From an uncultured Clostridiaceae bacterium (lineage in GTDB: Bacteria; Bacillota; Clostridia; TANB77; CAG-508), in contig CANRSN010000002.1 of NCBI GenBank assembly GCA_947642455.1, positions 48,214-112,213 on the forward strand: a stretch of 64,000 bases of DNA, in the 5' to 3' direction. The first letter of the stretch is position 1, and each line of letters starts with the position of its first letter. Made by a program: the position numbers and the translations under genes. The notes beneath the pieces are model-generated. The model was not told where the DNA came from. It ran no database searches and saw only the letters and a list, made by a program, of their open reading frames with translations. Shown here one piece after another: positions 9,452 to 17,279 of this stretch.

Positions 9452-10708
9452 TTGAAAAATAATTATAATTTTATTAAAACCAAAATACATTTATTTAAGA
9501 AAGTATTGGCAATATTAATAATAATTACATTTCCAATGTACATATTAGTAACACCAGTGTGTGCATTTGGACCAGCACTAGGAAACATATATGAAGGAAT
9601 TGATGTTAGTGGTTGGCAGGGAAATATAGATTATGCCAAAGTTGCAAGTAGTGGAATACAAGTAGTATATATGAAGGTAAGTGAAGGAATAAATTTTGTT
9701 GATCCATATTTTGAACAAAATTATGAGAATGCAAAAGCAAATGGCTTAAAAGTAGGATTTTACCATTATTTAACAGCTAGAAGTAATGAAGCGGCAATTG
9801 AACAAGCACGTTTTTTTGTGTCAACAATAGCAGGTAAAATGCCAGATTGCAAATTAGCAATGGACTTTGAATCATTTGGAAACTTAAATACACAACAAAT
9901 AAATGAAATTGGTTATACATTTATGCAAACAGTACAAAATTTAAGTGGGAAAGAGGTAGTAATTTATAGTGATACATATAATGCAAGGTCAGTATTTGGA
10001 GGAGCTCTTACAAATTATCCATTATGGGTTGCACAATATGAAGTTGAAGAACCAACTCCAAATGGAAACTGGGAAACTTGGGCAGGTTGGCAATATTCAG
10101 ATCAAGGAGAAATACCAGGAATAGAAGGATATGTCGATAGAGATAAATATACAGAGCAAATATTTTTAAGTGATGCAACAAAACCAATACCAACTCCAGA
10201 TCCAACACCTGAACCTAGTCCTGAGCCAGAAGGTACAACAACTATAATAATTAGATGGGGAGATACTTTATCAGAATTAGCAATAAAATATAATACTACA
10301 GTTGCAAGACTTGTAGAATTAAATAATATTGCAAATCCAAACTTAATATATGCTGGAGCAACATTAATAGTACCAAGTAGTACAAGTGGAGGTTCTACAT
10401 CAGATGAAGAAATATATATAGTAAAATATGGAGATACTTTAAATAAAATTGCTAAAGAATATAATACTACTGTAAATGCAATAGCTAGAATAAATAATAT
10501 TAAAAATGTAAATTTGATTTATGTTGGTCAAAGGTTAGTTATTCCTGTTAATAAATATGATACAAATCATATACTATACCAAGTTAGAAGAGGAGATACT
10601 TTATGGAGTCTTTCAAGAAGGTATGGAGTTAGTATTGCTACTATTGTTAGATTAAATAGAATACAAAATCCGAATTTAATATATGTAGGGCAAAAATTGA
10701 GATTTTAA
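9452..10708 (+). CDS. GH25 muramidase with three C-terminal LysM domains
   Basis: GIDVSGWQGNIDY and DFE are GH25 motifs. There is a Pro/Thr linker and three repeats of the type GDTL..IA..YN.TV..L...N.I.NPNLIY.GQ.L. Confidence 0.85.
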   Translation: MKNNYNFIKTKIHLFKKVLAILIIITFPMYILVTPVCAFGPALGNIYEGIDVSGWQGNIDYAKVASSGIQVVYMKVSEGINFVDPYFEQNYENAKANGLKVGFYHYLTARSNEAAIEQARFFVSTIAGKMPDCKLAMDFESFGNLNTQQINEIGYTFMQTVQNLSGKEVVIYSDTYNARSVFGGALTNYPLWVAQYEVEEPTPNGNWETWAGWQYSDQGEIPGIEGYVDRDKYTEQIFLSDATKPIPTPDPTPEPSPEPEGTTTIIIRWGDTLSELAIKYNTTVARLVELNNIANPNLIYAGATLIVPSSTSGGSTSDEEIYIVKYGDTLNKIAKEYNTTVNAIARINNIKNVNLIYVGQRLVIPVNKYDTNHILYQVRRGDTLWSLSRRYGVSIATIVRLNRIQNPNLIYVGQKLRF

Positions 10709-10752
10709 GTGAATATTTAATCTGTGAAATATAACAAATTGTACTCTTTTTT

Positions 10753-10831
10753 GCTGTAGAACAACAGTGACATGATTAAAATATTTAAACCTTTTAGATT
10801 ACTTTTCATGCTACGCCAGTTGTTCGTCAGC
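10753..10831. repeat. long hairpin with conserved loop (family copy 2)
   Basis: Stem gctgtagaacaacagtgacatga / tcatgctacgccagttgttcgtcagc around loop attaaaatatttaaaccttttagattactttt. Confidence 0.75.
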
Positions 10832-10846
10832 AAAAAAACTTTAGAA

Positions 10847-11437
10847 TTACAAAATTTTTCGAATAACATCATAAAGGAAAGGTTTATATTCTGTTATAGG
10901 TACAGGAATTTTATGCAAAATAGAATTAAAACATGTAGAGCCTACTAGCTCAATAATTGTAAATAAGACAATCTCAGGATTATCATATTTTCTATTATGT
11001 TCAATTGCTTTTTTATTAAAAAAGTCAATTAAATTTTCATTATCATCTTCAGGAGATGATAATTTTTTTATTGTATGATTGAAAATTCCAAAAGAGAGGT
11101 CTTTTGAGATAAATTGCAAAAGAACTTCATTATTACTTAATTCATCAATCACATAATTAATAATAAAAATTACTTGTTCTTCAAAACTATTGATATTACT
11201 ATTTTCAAGAGTGTTTAATGCTTGAACAAAAAGGTTTTTAGATGTTTTTTCAATAAGTTTATCTCTAATATCATATTTGTCCTTGAAATATAAATAAAAA
11301 GTACCTTTTGCAACACCTGCGTTATCTACAATGTCTTGAATAGAAGTATTTTTAATTCCATTTGTAGTAAATAAGTTAAATGCAGTATTTAATAATTTTG
11401 CTTCTTTTTCTTTTTTATTTTCCTCTGATTTCTCCAT
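10847..11437 (-). CDS. TetR/AcrR family transcriptional regulator
   Basis: LLNTAFNLFTTNGIKNTSIQDIVDNAGVAKGTFYLYFKDKYD is a canonical TetR HTH. The start was set at MEKSEE after a GGGGGA RBS. Confidence 0.85.
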   Translation of the reverse strand: MEKSEENKKEKEAKLLNTAFNLFTTNGIKNTSIQDIVDNAGVAKGTFYLYFKDKYDIRDKLIEKTSKNLFVQALNTLENSNINSFEEQVIFIINYVIDELSNNEVLLQFISKDLSFGIFNHTIKKLSSPEDDNENLIDFFNKKAIEHNRKYDNPEIVLFTIIELVGSTCFNSILHKIPVPITEYKPFLYDVIRKIL

Positions 11438-11483
11438 TACATATCCCCCATAAAATATATTTGTATACATTATCACATAAAGC

Positions 11484-11589
11484 TGACTAATAGTCAAGAA
11501 AGCTGAATACCCTCACTGTAAAAAAAAACAGCATAAATATTGACTAATGGTCATAAAAATGTTAAAATAGAAAAAGTGACCAATAGTCA
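11484..11589. promoter_or_regulatory. three 13-bp palindromic operators (probable TetR sites) overlapping the MMPL promoter
   Basis: TGACTAATAGTCA at 11484-11496, TGACTAATGGTCA at 11541-11553 (overlaps a TTGACT -35; a gTTAAAAT -10 follows), and TGACCAATAGTCA at 11577-11589. Confidence 0.7.
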
Positions 11590-11614
11590 TAAAACAGAAA
11601 GGAGTAAAAATGAA

Positions 11615-13684
11615 ATGCAAAAGTTTGGAAAATTCATATGTAATCATTACAAAGCAATAATAATTATTGCAGTATTGCTATTAATTCCATCAATAATAGG
11701 AATTAAAGCAACAAAAATTAATTATGACATATTATCATATTTACCAAGCGACATAGAGACAGTAGAGGGGCAAGAAGTATTATCAGAAGAATTCAACATG
11801 GGGTCATTTGCAATTGTTTTGGTAGACAATACTATGTCACACAAAGATATTTTAAAAATGCAAGAAGAGATAAAAAAAGTAGAGGGAGTAGAAAAAGTAG
11901 TTAGTATAGCAGACATCACAGGAACAATGCTTCCAGAACAAATGATACCAAATAGTATAAAAGAGAAAATTATAAAAGAAAATACAACACCAATGTTAGT
12001 AACATTTAAAACATCAATTGCAGATGATATAACATTAGAGGCGTTAGACAAAATGGATAAAATAGTAGGAGAGCAATGTAAAATTAGTGGAGTATCAGCA
12101 ATGATAAATGACACAAAAACAATATCAAATTCAGAAATGTCAATGTATGTAATAGTAGCAGTTATTTTCTGTATATTAGTATTAGAGTTAGCGTTAGACT
12201 CATATTCAGTACCAATTATTCTTTTAGGAGGAATAGGAATTTCAATTTTATACAATATGGGAAGCAATATCATGTTAGGAGAGATTTCATATATTACAAA
12301 AGCGATTGCAACAGTTTTACAGCTAGGAGTAACAATGGACTTTTCTATTTTCCTATATCATAGTTATCAAAGGCAAAAGAAGGAAAATGTAGAGAAAAAA
12401 GAAGCAATGACAAAAGCAATTACAGAGACGTTAGTTTCTATTGTAGGAAGTTCTCTTACAACTATTGCAGGTTTTTTGGCACTATGTAGCATGGATTTAA
12501 CCTTAGGTACAGACATAGGGTTAGTAATGGCAAAAGGAGTTGCAATTGGGGTAATTTGTGTTGTTACAGTATTACCAGCATTAATTCTTGCACTAGACAA
12601 AATAATAGAAAAAACAAAACATAAAGAAATTTTACCATCATTTAATAAATTAACCAAATTTGTAGTAGCACATTATAAGGCAATTTTGGTAGCATTTATA
12701 ATTTTATTAGTGCCAGCAATTTATGGAAATAGTAATACACAAGTATATTACAACATAAACAAAGGCTTGCCAGACACATTGCAGGGTGTTTCAGCAAATA
12801 AAGACTTAGCAGACAAATTTAATATGGTATCTACACAAATTGCATTAGTAGACAAAAATATTAATCATAACAAAATGCAAGAAATAACTAATAAAATAGA
12901 AGAGTTAGATGGTGTAGAATGGGTAATTTCAGAAGATAGTATATTAAGTGCAGGAATACCAAGTCAAATGGTTCCAACATCAATTAGAGAAGTATTTGAA
13001 AGTGGAAAATATAAATTACTTATAGTAAATTCAAGTTATGAAACAGCTACAGATGAGGCAAATAGGTTAATAAACGAAATAGATAATTTACTTAAATCTT
13101 ATGATGAAAATGCAATTATGGCAGGGGAAGGTCCACTAATGAAAGATTTAGTAGAAATAGCAGATCATGACTTTAATAGTGTAAATATTGTATCAATAGG
13201 AGTAATATTCATATTAATGATAATTGTATTAAAATCAGGTTCACTACCAATTATATTAATAGGAGTAATAGAATTTGCGATAATGCTAAACATGTCAGTA
13301 TCATGTTATACAAATACTACATTGCCATTTGTTGCATCTATTGTAATAGGTACAATTCAGCTAGGAGCTACGGTTGATTATGCAATTTTAATGACAACTA
13401 AATATATAGAAGAGAGGAAGGCTGGAAGTAACAAAAAAGAAGCAGTAGAAAGTGCGCTTAGTTCATCAATAAAATCGATTATAGTTAGTGCACTATGTTT
13501 CTTTGCAGCAACTTGTGGAGTATCGTTCTTCTCAAAAATAGAAATGATAGGCTCTATTTGTACACTAATTTCAAGAGGAGCAATTATTAGTATGGTTGTA
13601 GTTATTTGTATATTACCAGCATGTTTAATGTTATTAGACAAAATAATTTGTAAGACTACAATAGGTATGAGAAAGTGTAAATAG
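11615..13684 (+). CDS. MMPL-family (RND-like) membrane transporter
   Basis: About 689 aa with two 5-6 TM bundles separated by soluble loops, the typical MMPL duplicated architecture. The start was set at ATG 11615, downstream of AAAGGAG. Confidence 0.75.
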   Translation: MQKFGKFICNHYKAIIIIAVLLLIPSIIGIKATKINYDILSYLPSDIETVEGQEVLSEEFNMGSFAIVLVDNTMSHKDILKMQEEIKKVEGVEKVVSIADITGTMLPEQMIPNSIKEKIIKENTTPMLVTFKTSIADDITLEALDKMDKIVGEQCKISGVSAMINDTKTISNSEMSMYVIVAVIFCILVLELALDSYSVPIILLGGIGISILYNMGSNIMLGEISYITKAIATVLQLGVTMDFSIFLYHSYQRQKKENVEKKEAMTKAITETLVSIVGSSLTTIAGFLALCSMDLTLGTDIGLVMAKGVAIGVICVVTVLPALILALDKIIEKTKHKEILPSFNKLTKFVVAHYKAILVAFIILLVPAIYGNSNTQVYYNINKGLPDTLQGVSANKDLADKFNMVSTQIALVDKNINHNKMQEITNKIEELDGVEWVISEDSILSAGIPSQMVPTSIREVFESGKYKLLIVNSSYETATDEANRLINEIDNLLKSYDENAIMAGEGPLMKDLVEIADHDFNSVNIVSIGVIFILMIIVLKSGSLPIILIGVIEFAIMLNMSVSCYTNTTLPFVASIVIGTIQLGATVDYAILMTTKYIEERKAGSNKKEAVESALSSSIKSIIVSALCFFAATCGVSFFSKIEMIGSICTLISRGAIISMVVVICILPACLMLLDKIICKTTIGMRKCK

Positions 13685-13788
13685 AAATTGTCAAAGAAGG
13701 TTATTAACAAGCTAAGATAGAAGTTATGTCTTAGGTAGAAAGACCGACTATAAAAGTCAATAGTTTTTTGAAAGGAAAGTGATTAATT

Positions 13789-15657
13789 ATGAATGAAATA
13801 GTAAAAAAAATAACAGCAGCAGGAGTTGCAACATGTATGGTTGCAGTATTAAGTACAAATACTGTAATGGCATATACAAAGGAGGAAACAGTATATAGTA
13901 GAGTAAAAAATGATGGAGCTACTTATGAGACAATTGTAAATGAACACATAAAAAATAAAAATAATTTAAAAGAAATAAAAGACTCAAGTATTTTAACAAA
14001 TATAGAAAATGTAAATGGAGAAGAAACTTACACAAAACAGGAAAATCAATTAGTATGGAAGGCAGAAGGAAATGACATATATTATCAAGGAAAAACTACA
14101 AAAGAGCTTCCTATAGAAATTAAAATAGTATATAAGTTAGATGGAAAAGAAATATTAGCTCAAGAATTGGTAGGTAAAAATGGAAATGTAGAAATTTGCA
14201 TAAATTTTAAAAATAGAGAAAAACATGAAGTAATTATAAATGAAAAAACTCAAACAATGTATACACCATTTACTATTGTGGCAGGTGCTATATTGGACAA
14301 TACTAAAATGAAAAATATAGAGATTACAAATGGCAAAACTATAGATAATGGAAAAAATACTATTGCAATGGGAATTGCAGTTCCGGGAATGCAAGAAAGT
14401 TTAGCTTTAGATAAAGAAGAATTAGAGATACCAGAGCAAATTACTTTTAAATTTGATACTGAAAATTTTGAAATTGGAGAAGTAATGATATATTGTACTC
14501 CTAAAATTATAGAAGATGAACAAGTTAACCGTTTAGATGAATTAGATGAAATCTTTAAACAAGTAAAAGAATTACAAGATTCTTCAAAACAATTAGTTAA
14601 TGGTGCAAATGAATTAAAAAATGGAGTACAAACTTTAAATGAAAATACATCTACTTTAGAAAATGGGGCAAGTAAGATAGCAGAAGGAACTAGCAAGTTG
14701 GAAAGTGGAAGTAAAACTATTGCAAATAATATGAGTAAAATTACTAGTGGAACAGATAGTTTAGTAAGTGGAGGAAAAAGTCTAAAACAAGGTATTGATG
14801 CTATAAAAAGTCAATTACCAACACAAAAGGAAGTAGCAAAAAGTAAAACAGACTTAAACACACTTAATACAACAAATAGTCAAACTATTAAGAAATTGGA
14901 AGAGACAAATATACAAATAACATCTGAAATTAATTCTAAAATAGAACCACAATTGAAACAATTACAAACTAATATTGCTAATTTAAAAAAACAAATTGAA
15001 GTATTAGAAAAAGCAGGTCAAGATGTAACTACACTAAAAACAACTGTTACAGCACTAGAAACTTCTCAAACAGCTATGTTAACATTAAAAGCAACAATGT
15101 CACAACAAAAAACGGCAAATGAACAATTAATTGTATTATTACAAAAAAATAATGAAGCAGTAATAGCTTCTACTAGTGAATTAGACAGTATAGTTACTTT
15201 AGGAGTAGCTTTAGAGCAAGTTTCAGAAGGTATAGATACTTTGCAAAATGGTGCTAAACAACTTCAAACAGGAAGTAAACAGTTGCAAACAGGAGTAAAT
15301 ACTTTAGCAAGTAGTACAAAAGAATTGTCAGCAGGAGCCAAAACATTATCTAATGGAACAAAGCAATTATCACAAGGAACAAACACCTTGGAACAAGGTT
15401 CTGTTAAATTGTCAGACGGAATGGAAAAATTTGATAAAGAGGGAATTCAAAAAATTGCTAACCTTGTAAATCATGATTTAAAAGATTTAAAAGCACGTAT
15501 TCAAAAGTTACAGGAATTGGCAAATGATTATAAATGTTTTGCACAAGAAAATGATGTAGATATACAAGAATGTGAGCAAATTATAACTAAATTTGTTATT
15601 TTAACAGACGAAATTAAACAAAAAGAGGGAGAAAAAGCAATTCTTCCAAAAGAATAG
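13789..15657 (+). CDS. secreted/anchored coiled-coil protein, YhgE/Pip N-terminal-like
   Basis: N-terminal signal/TM. Repeated L..G...L..G heptad-like motifs (NGANELKNGVQTL, GASKIAEGTSKLESGSK, GAKQLQTGSKQLQTGVNTL) resemble YhgE/Pip. It sits next to the MMPL gene. Confidence 0.45.
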   Translation: MNEIVKKITAAGVATCMVAVLSTNTVMAYTKEETVYSRVKNDGATYETIVNEHIKNKNNLKEIKDSSILTNIENVNGEETYTKQENQLVWKAEGNDIYYQGKTTKELPIEIKIVYKLDGKEILAQELVGKNGNVEICINFKNREKHEVIINEKTQTMYTPFTIVAGAILDNTKMKNIEITNGKTIDNGKNTIAMGIAVPGMQESLALDKEELEIPEQITFKFDTENFEIGEVMIYCTPKIIEDEQVNRLDELDEIFKQVKELQDSSKQLVNGANELKNGVQTLNENTSTLENGASKIAEGTSKLESGSKTIANNMSKITSGTDSLVSGGKSLKQGIDAIKSQLPTQKEVAKSKTDLNTLNTTNSQTIKKLEETNIQITSEINSKIEPQLKQLQTNIANLKKQIEVLEKAGQDVTTLKTTVTALETSQTAMLTLKATMSQQKTANEQLIVLLQKNNEAVIASTSELDSIVTLGVALEQVSEGIDTLQNGAKQLQTGSKQLQTGVNTLASSTKELSAGAKTLSNGTKQLSQGTNTLEQGSVKLSDGMEKFDKEGIQKIANLVNHDLKDLKARIQKLQELANDYKCFAQENDVDIQECEQIITKFVILTDEIKQKEGEKAILPKE

Positions 15658-15662
15658 TACAC

Positions 15663-15691
15663 TTGACATAAATCAAGAAAAATGATAAAAT
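15663..15691 (+). promoter_or_regulatory. sigma-A type promoter (copy 1 of a duplicated promoter plus leader)
   Basis: TTGACA at 15663-15668, 17-nt spacer, TAAAAT at 15686-15691. The following leader of about 85 nt is nearly identical to 17199..17279. Confidence 0.65.
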
Positions 15692-15841
15692 GTGCACATG
15701 TTTTTTTATAATTGCACAATTAACTATAAGTGCAACAAAAATCTAATAATAAAGAAGAGGAGGGAGAAAAGCATAAAAAAACTACATTTATTATTGTTAG
15801 ATTATTTCTAAGATTAAATTTAAGCTAAGAAGGTGAAGCAT

Positions 15842-16780
15842 ATGAAGAAAAAGACTATAAAAGGAAATCGTATAATTCGGTTTCGCAAGCCTCAAGAGAA
15901 CAATAAGCAGGTTTCAGACGAATTTGTAAATGAAGAAAAAATAGTAGAGGAAAAGCCTGAACAAATAACTAAAAAGGAGATAGTAGAGGAAAAGCCTGAA
16001 CAAATAACTAAAAAGGAGATAGTAGAGGAAAAGTCTGAACGAATAACTACAAATGAAATAGTAGAGAAAAAATCTGAGCAGGTAAATACAGAAAAACAAG
16101 GAGAAGAGGAACAAAAGAAAATAAGAAGCCATGAAGAATCTAAAATATATAAAGCATATGAAGAATTAAAAGATACTGTGCAAAATGTTATGTTAGATAG
16201 GCAAACTTCTAATATGATAGGAATTTTCGGAGAAAACGCAGATAATGCTGTCAAAATGCTTTATAGAGAAAGTGGTATTTTAACAAAAGAAAATGAATTA
16301 GGTTATACATTGTATGGTAAAGGAATAGATATATATGATAGGATTGCAGCAGATCTCGAATCTTATATACAAAAACAATTTTCAACAAGTTGGTATTTTA
16401 GTATATATTATCTAATTCAACACGTGTATTCAGATCCAAAAAAGGAGCCATATAGTGAATATGAAGATGAAAAATCAAAAATGAGATTACAAGTAATTAG
16501 ACAATGTCAAAGAGCAATGGATATTTTAGAAATTATTAGTAAGATTAAGCTCAAGGGTCAAATTGATAAATATTTTATCATTGTAGAATTACACAATGTA
16601 GATTGTGATGTATTATATAAACTTTCGAAATTAAATGATTCGAATCTAGTTATAATTGTACATTGTGATCAAAGTATTAGTACTATTAATAAATATATGT
16701 CTTATAACATATATGGAGATTATAGGATGGATGTAATATCTAAGTTTTTTAAATATACAAATTGTATTGAAGCAGTTTAA
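15842..16780 (+). CDS. hypothetical protein, paralogue of 20991..21860, with an acidic 13-aa tandem-repeat insert
   Basis: MKKKTIKGNRIIRFRKPQENN..., KIYKAYEELKDTV, NMIGIFGENADN, YFIIVELHNVDCDVLYKLSKLNDSNLVIIVH align with the second copy. ATG 15842 corresponds to the start of that paralogue. Confidence 0.6.
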   Translation: MKKKTIKGNRIIRFRKPQENNKQVSDEFVNEEKIVEEKPEQITKKEIVEEKPEQITKKEIVEEKSERITTNEIVEKKSEQVNTEKQGEEEQKKIRSHEESKIYKAYEELKDTVQNVMLDRQTSNMIGIFGENADNAVKMLYRESGILTKENELGYTLYGKGIDIYDRIAADLESYIQKQFSTSWYFSIYYLIQHVYSDPKKEPYSEYEDEKSKMRLQVIRQCQRAMDILEIISKIKLKGQIDKYFIIVELHNVDCDVLYKLSKLNDSNLVIIVHCDQSISTINKYMSYNIYGDYRMDVISKFFKYTNCIEAV

Positions 16781-16817
16781 TAAAAAGATTATCGATAAGT
16801 AGGAGAAAATAACAATA

Positions 16818-16866
16818 ATAGACCTTGATGAGCGCAAATTTTGTTAAAAAGAATGAAAATTTAATT
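16818..16866 (+). pseudogene. remnant of a 21871..23100-type gene (5' and 3' ends only; start codon lost)
   Basis: acaataatagaccttgatgagcgcaaatt matches atgataataatagaccttgatgagcggaaatt at 21871. It then joins directly to aatttaattaagtagag, which matches the 3' end at 23093-23110. Confidence 0.7.
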
Positions 16867-16910
16867 AAGTAGAGAATACTTTACCAACAGCGGTAGAGTA
16901 TTTTCTACTT
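16867..16910 (+). terminator. hairpin terminator (duplicate of 23105..23148)
   Basis: aagtagagaatacttta ccaacagc ggtagagtattttctactt. Confidence 0.6.
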
Positions 16911-16933
16911 AAATAGTTACATAATGCATACCA

Positions 16934-17152
16934 GCAAAAAGAGTACAATTTGTTATAATTCATAGTTATTAATTATCTATCTAGGCAATATAATATTTAT
17001 TTTTAGAAGTTTTGCGCAGGGAAGCTCCCACAGTGGACATGACCCAGAGCGATTGGCGAAGCCAGTAAAAAACTTCGACAAAATAAATATTATATTGCCT
17101 ATTGGCTTCTAATTTTAAACTATGAATTATAACAAATTGTGCTCTTTTGCTG
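16934..17152. repeat. nested-palindrome MITE/PATE-like element of about 215 bp, copy A
   Basis: Outer IR: aaaagagtacaatttgttataattcatag / ctatgaattataacaaattgtgctctttt. Inner IR: aggcaatataatatttatttttagaagtttt / aaaacttcgacaaaataaatattatattgcct. The core contains tggacatgac and gccagtaaaaaac. There is no credible ORF. Confidence 0.85.
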
Positions 17153-17169
17153 AATATATACAAAATAAC

Positions 17170-17198
17170 TTGACATAAAATAAGAAGAGTGATAAAAT
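17170..17198 (+). promoter_or_regulatory. sigma-A type promoter of the AAA+/radical-SAM operon (copy 2)
   Basis: TTGACA at 17170-17175, 17-nt spacer, TAAAAT at 17193-17198. Confidence 0.65.
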
Positions 17199-17279
17199 AT
17201 ACACATGTTTTTTTATAGTTGCACAATTTACTATAAGTGTAACAAGAATCTAATAATAAAGAAAAGAAGGGAGAAAAAC

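Noticed and set aside
17205-17279. N-terminal 25 codons of the track version of the AAA ATPase ORF.
   Set aside because: This stretch is the duplicated leader sequence downstream of the -10 box. ATG 17280 has a GAAGGGAG RBS and gives a sensible N-terminus (MKTQTT...).
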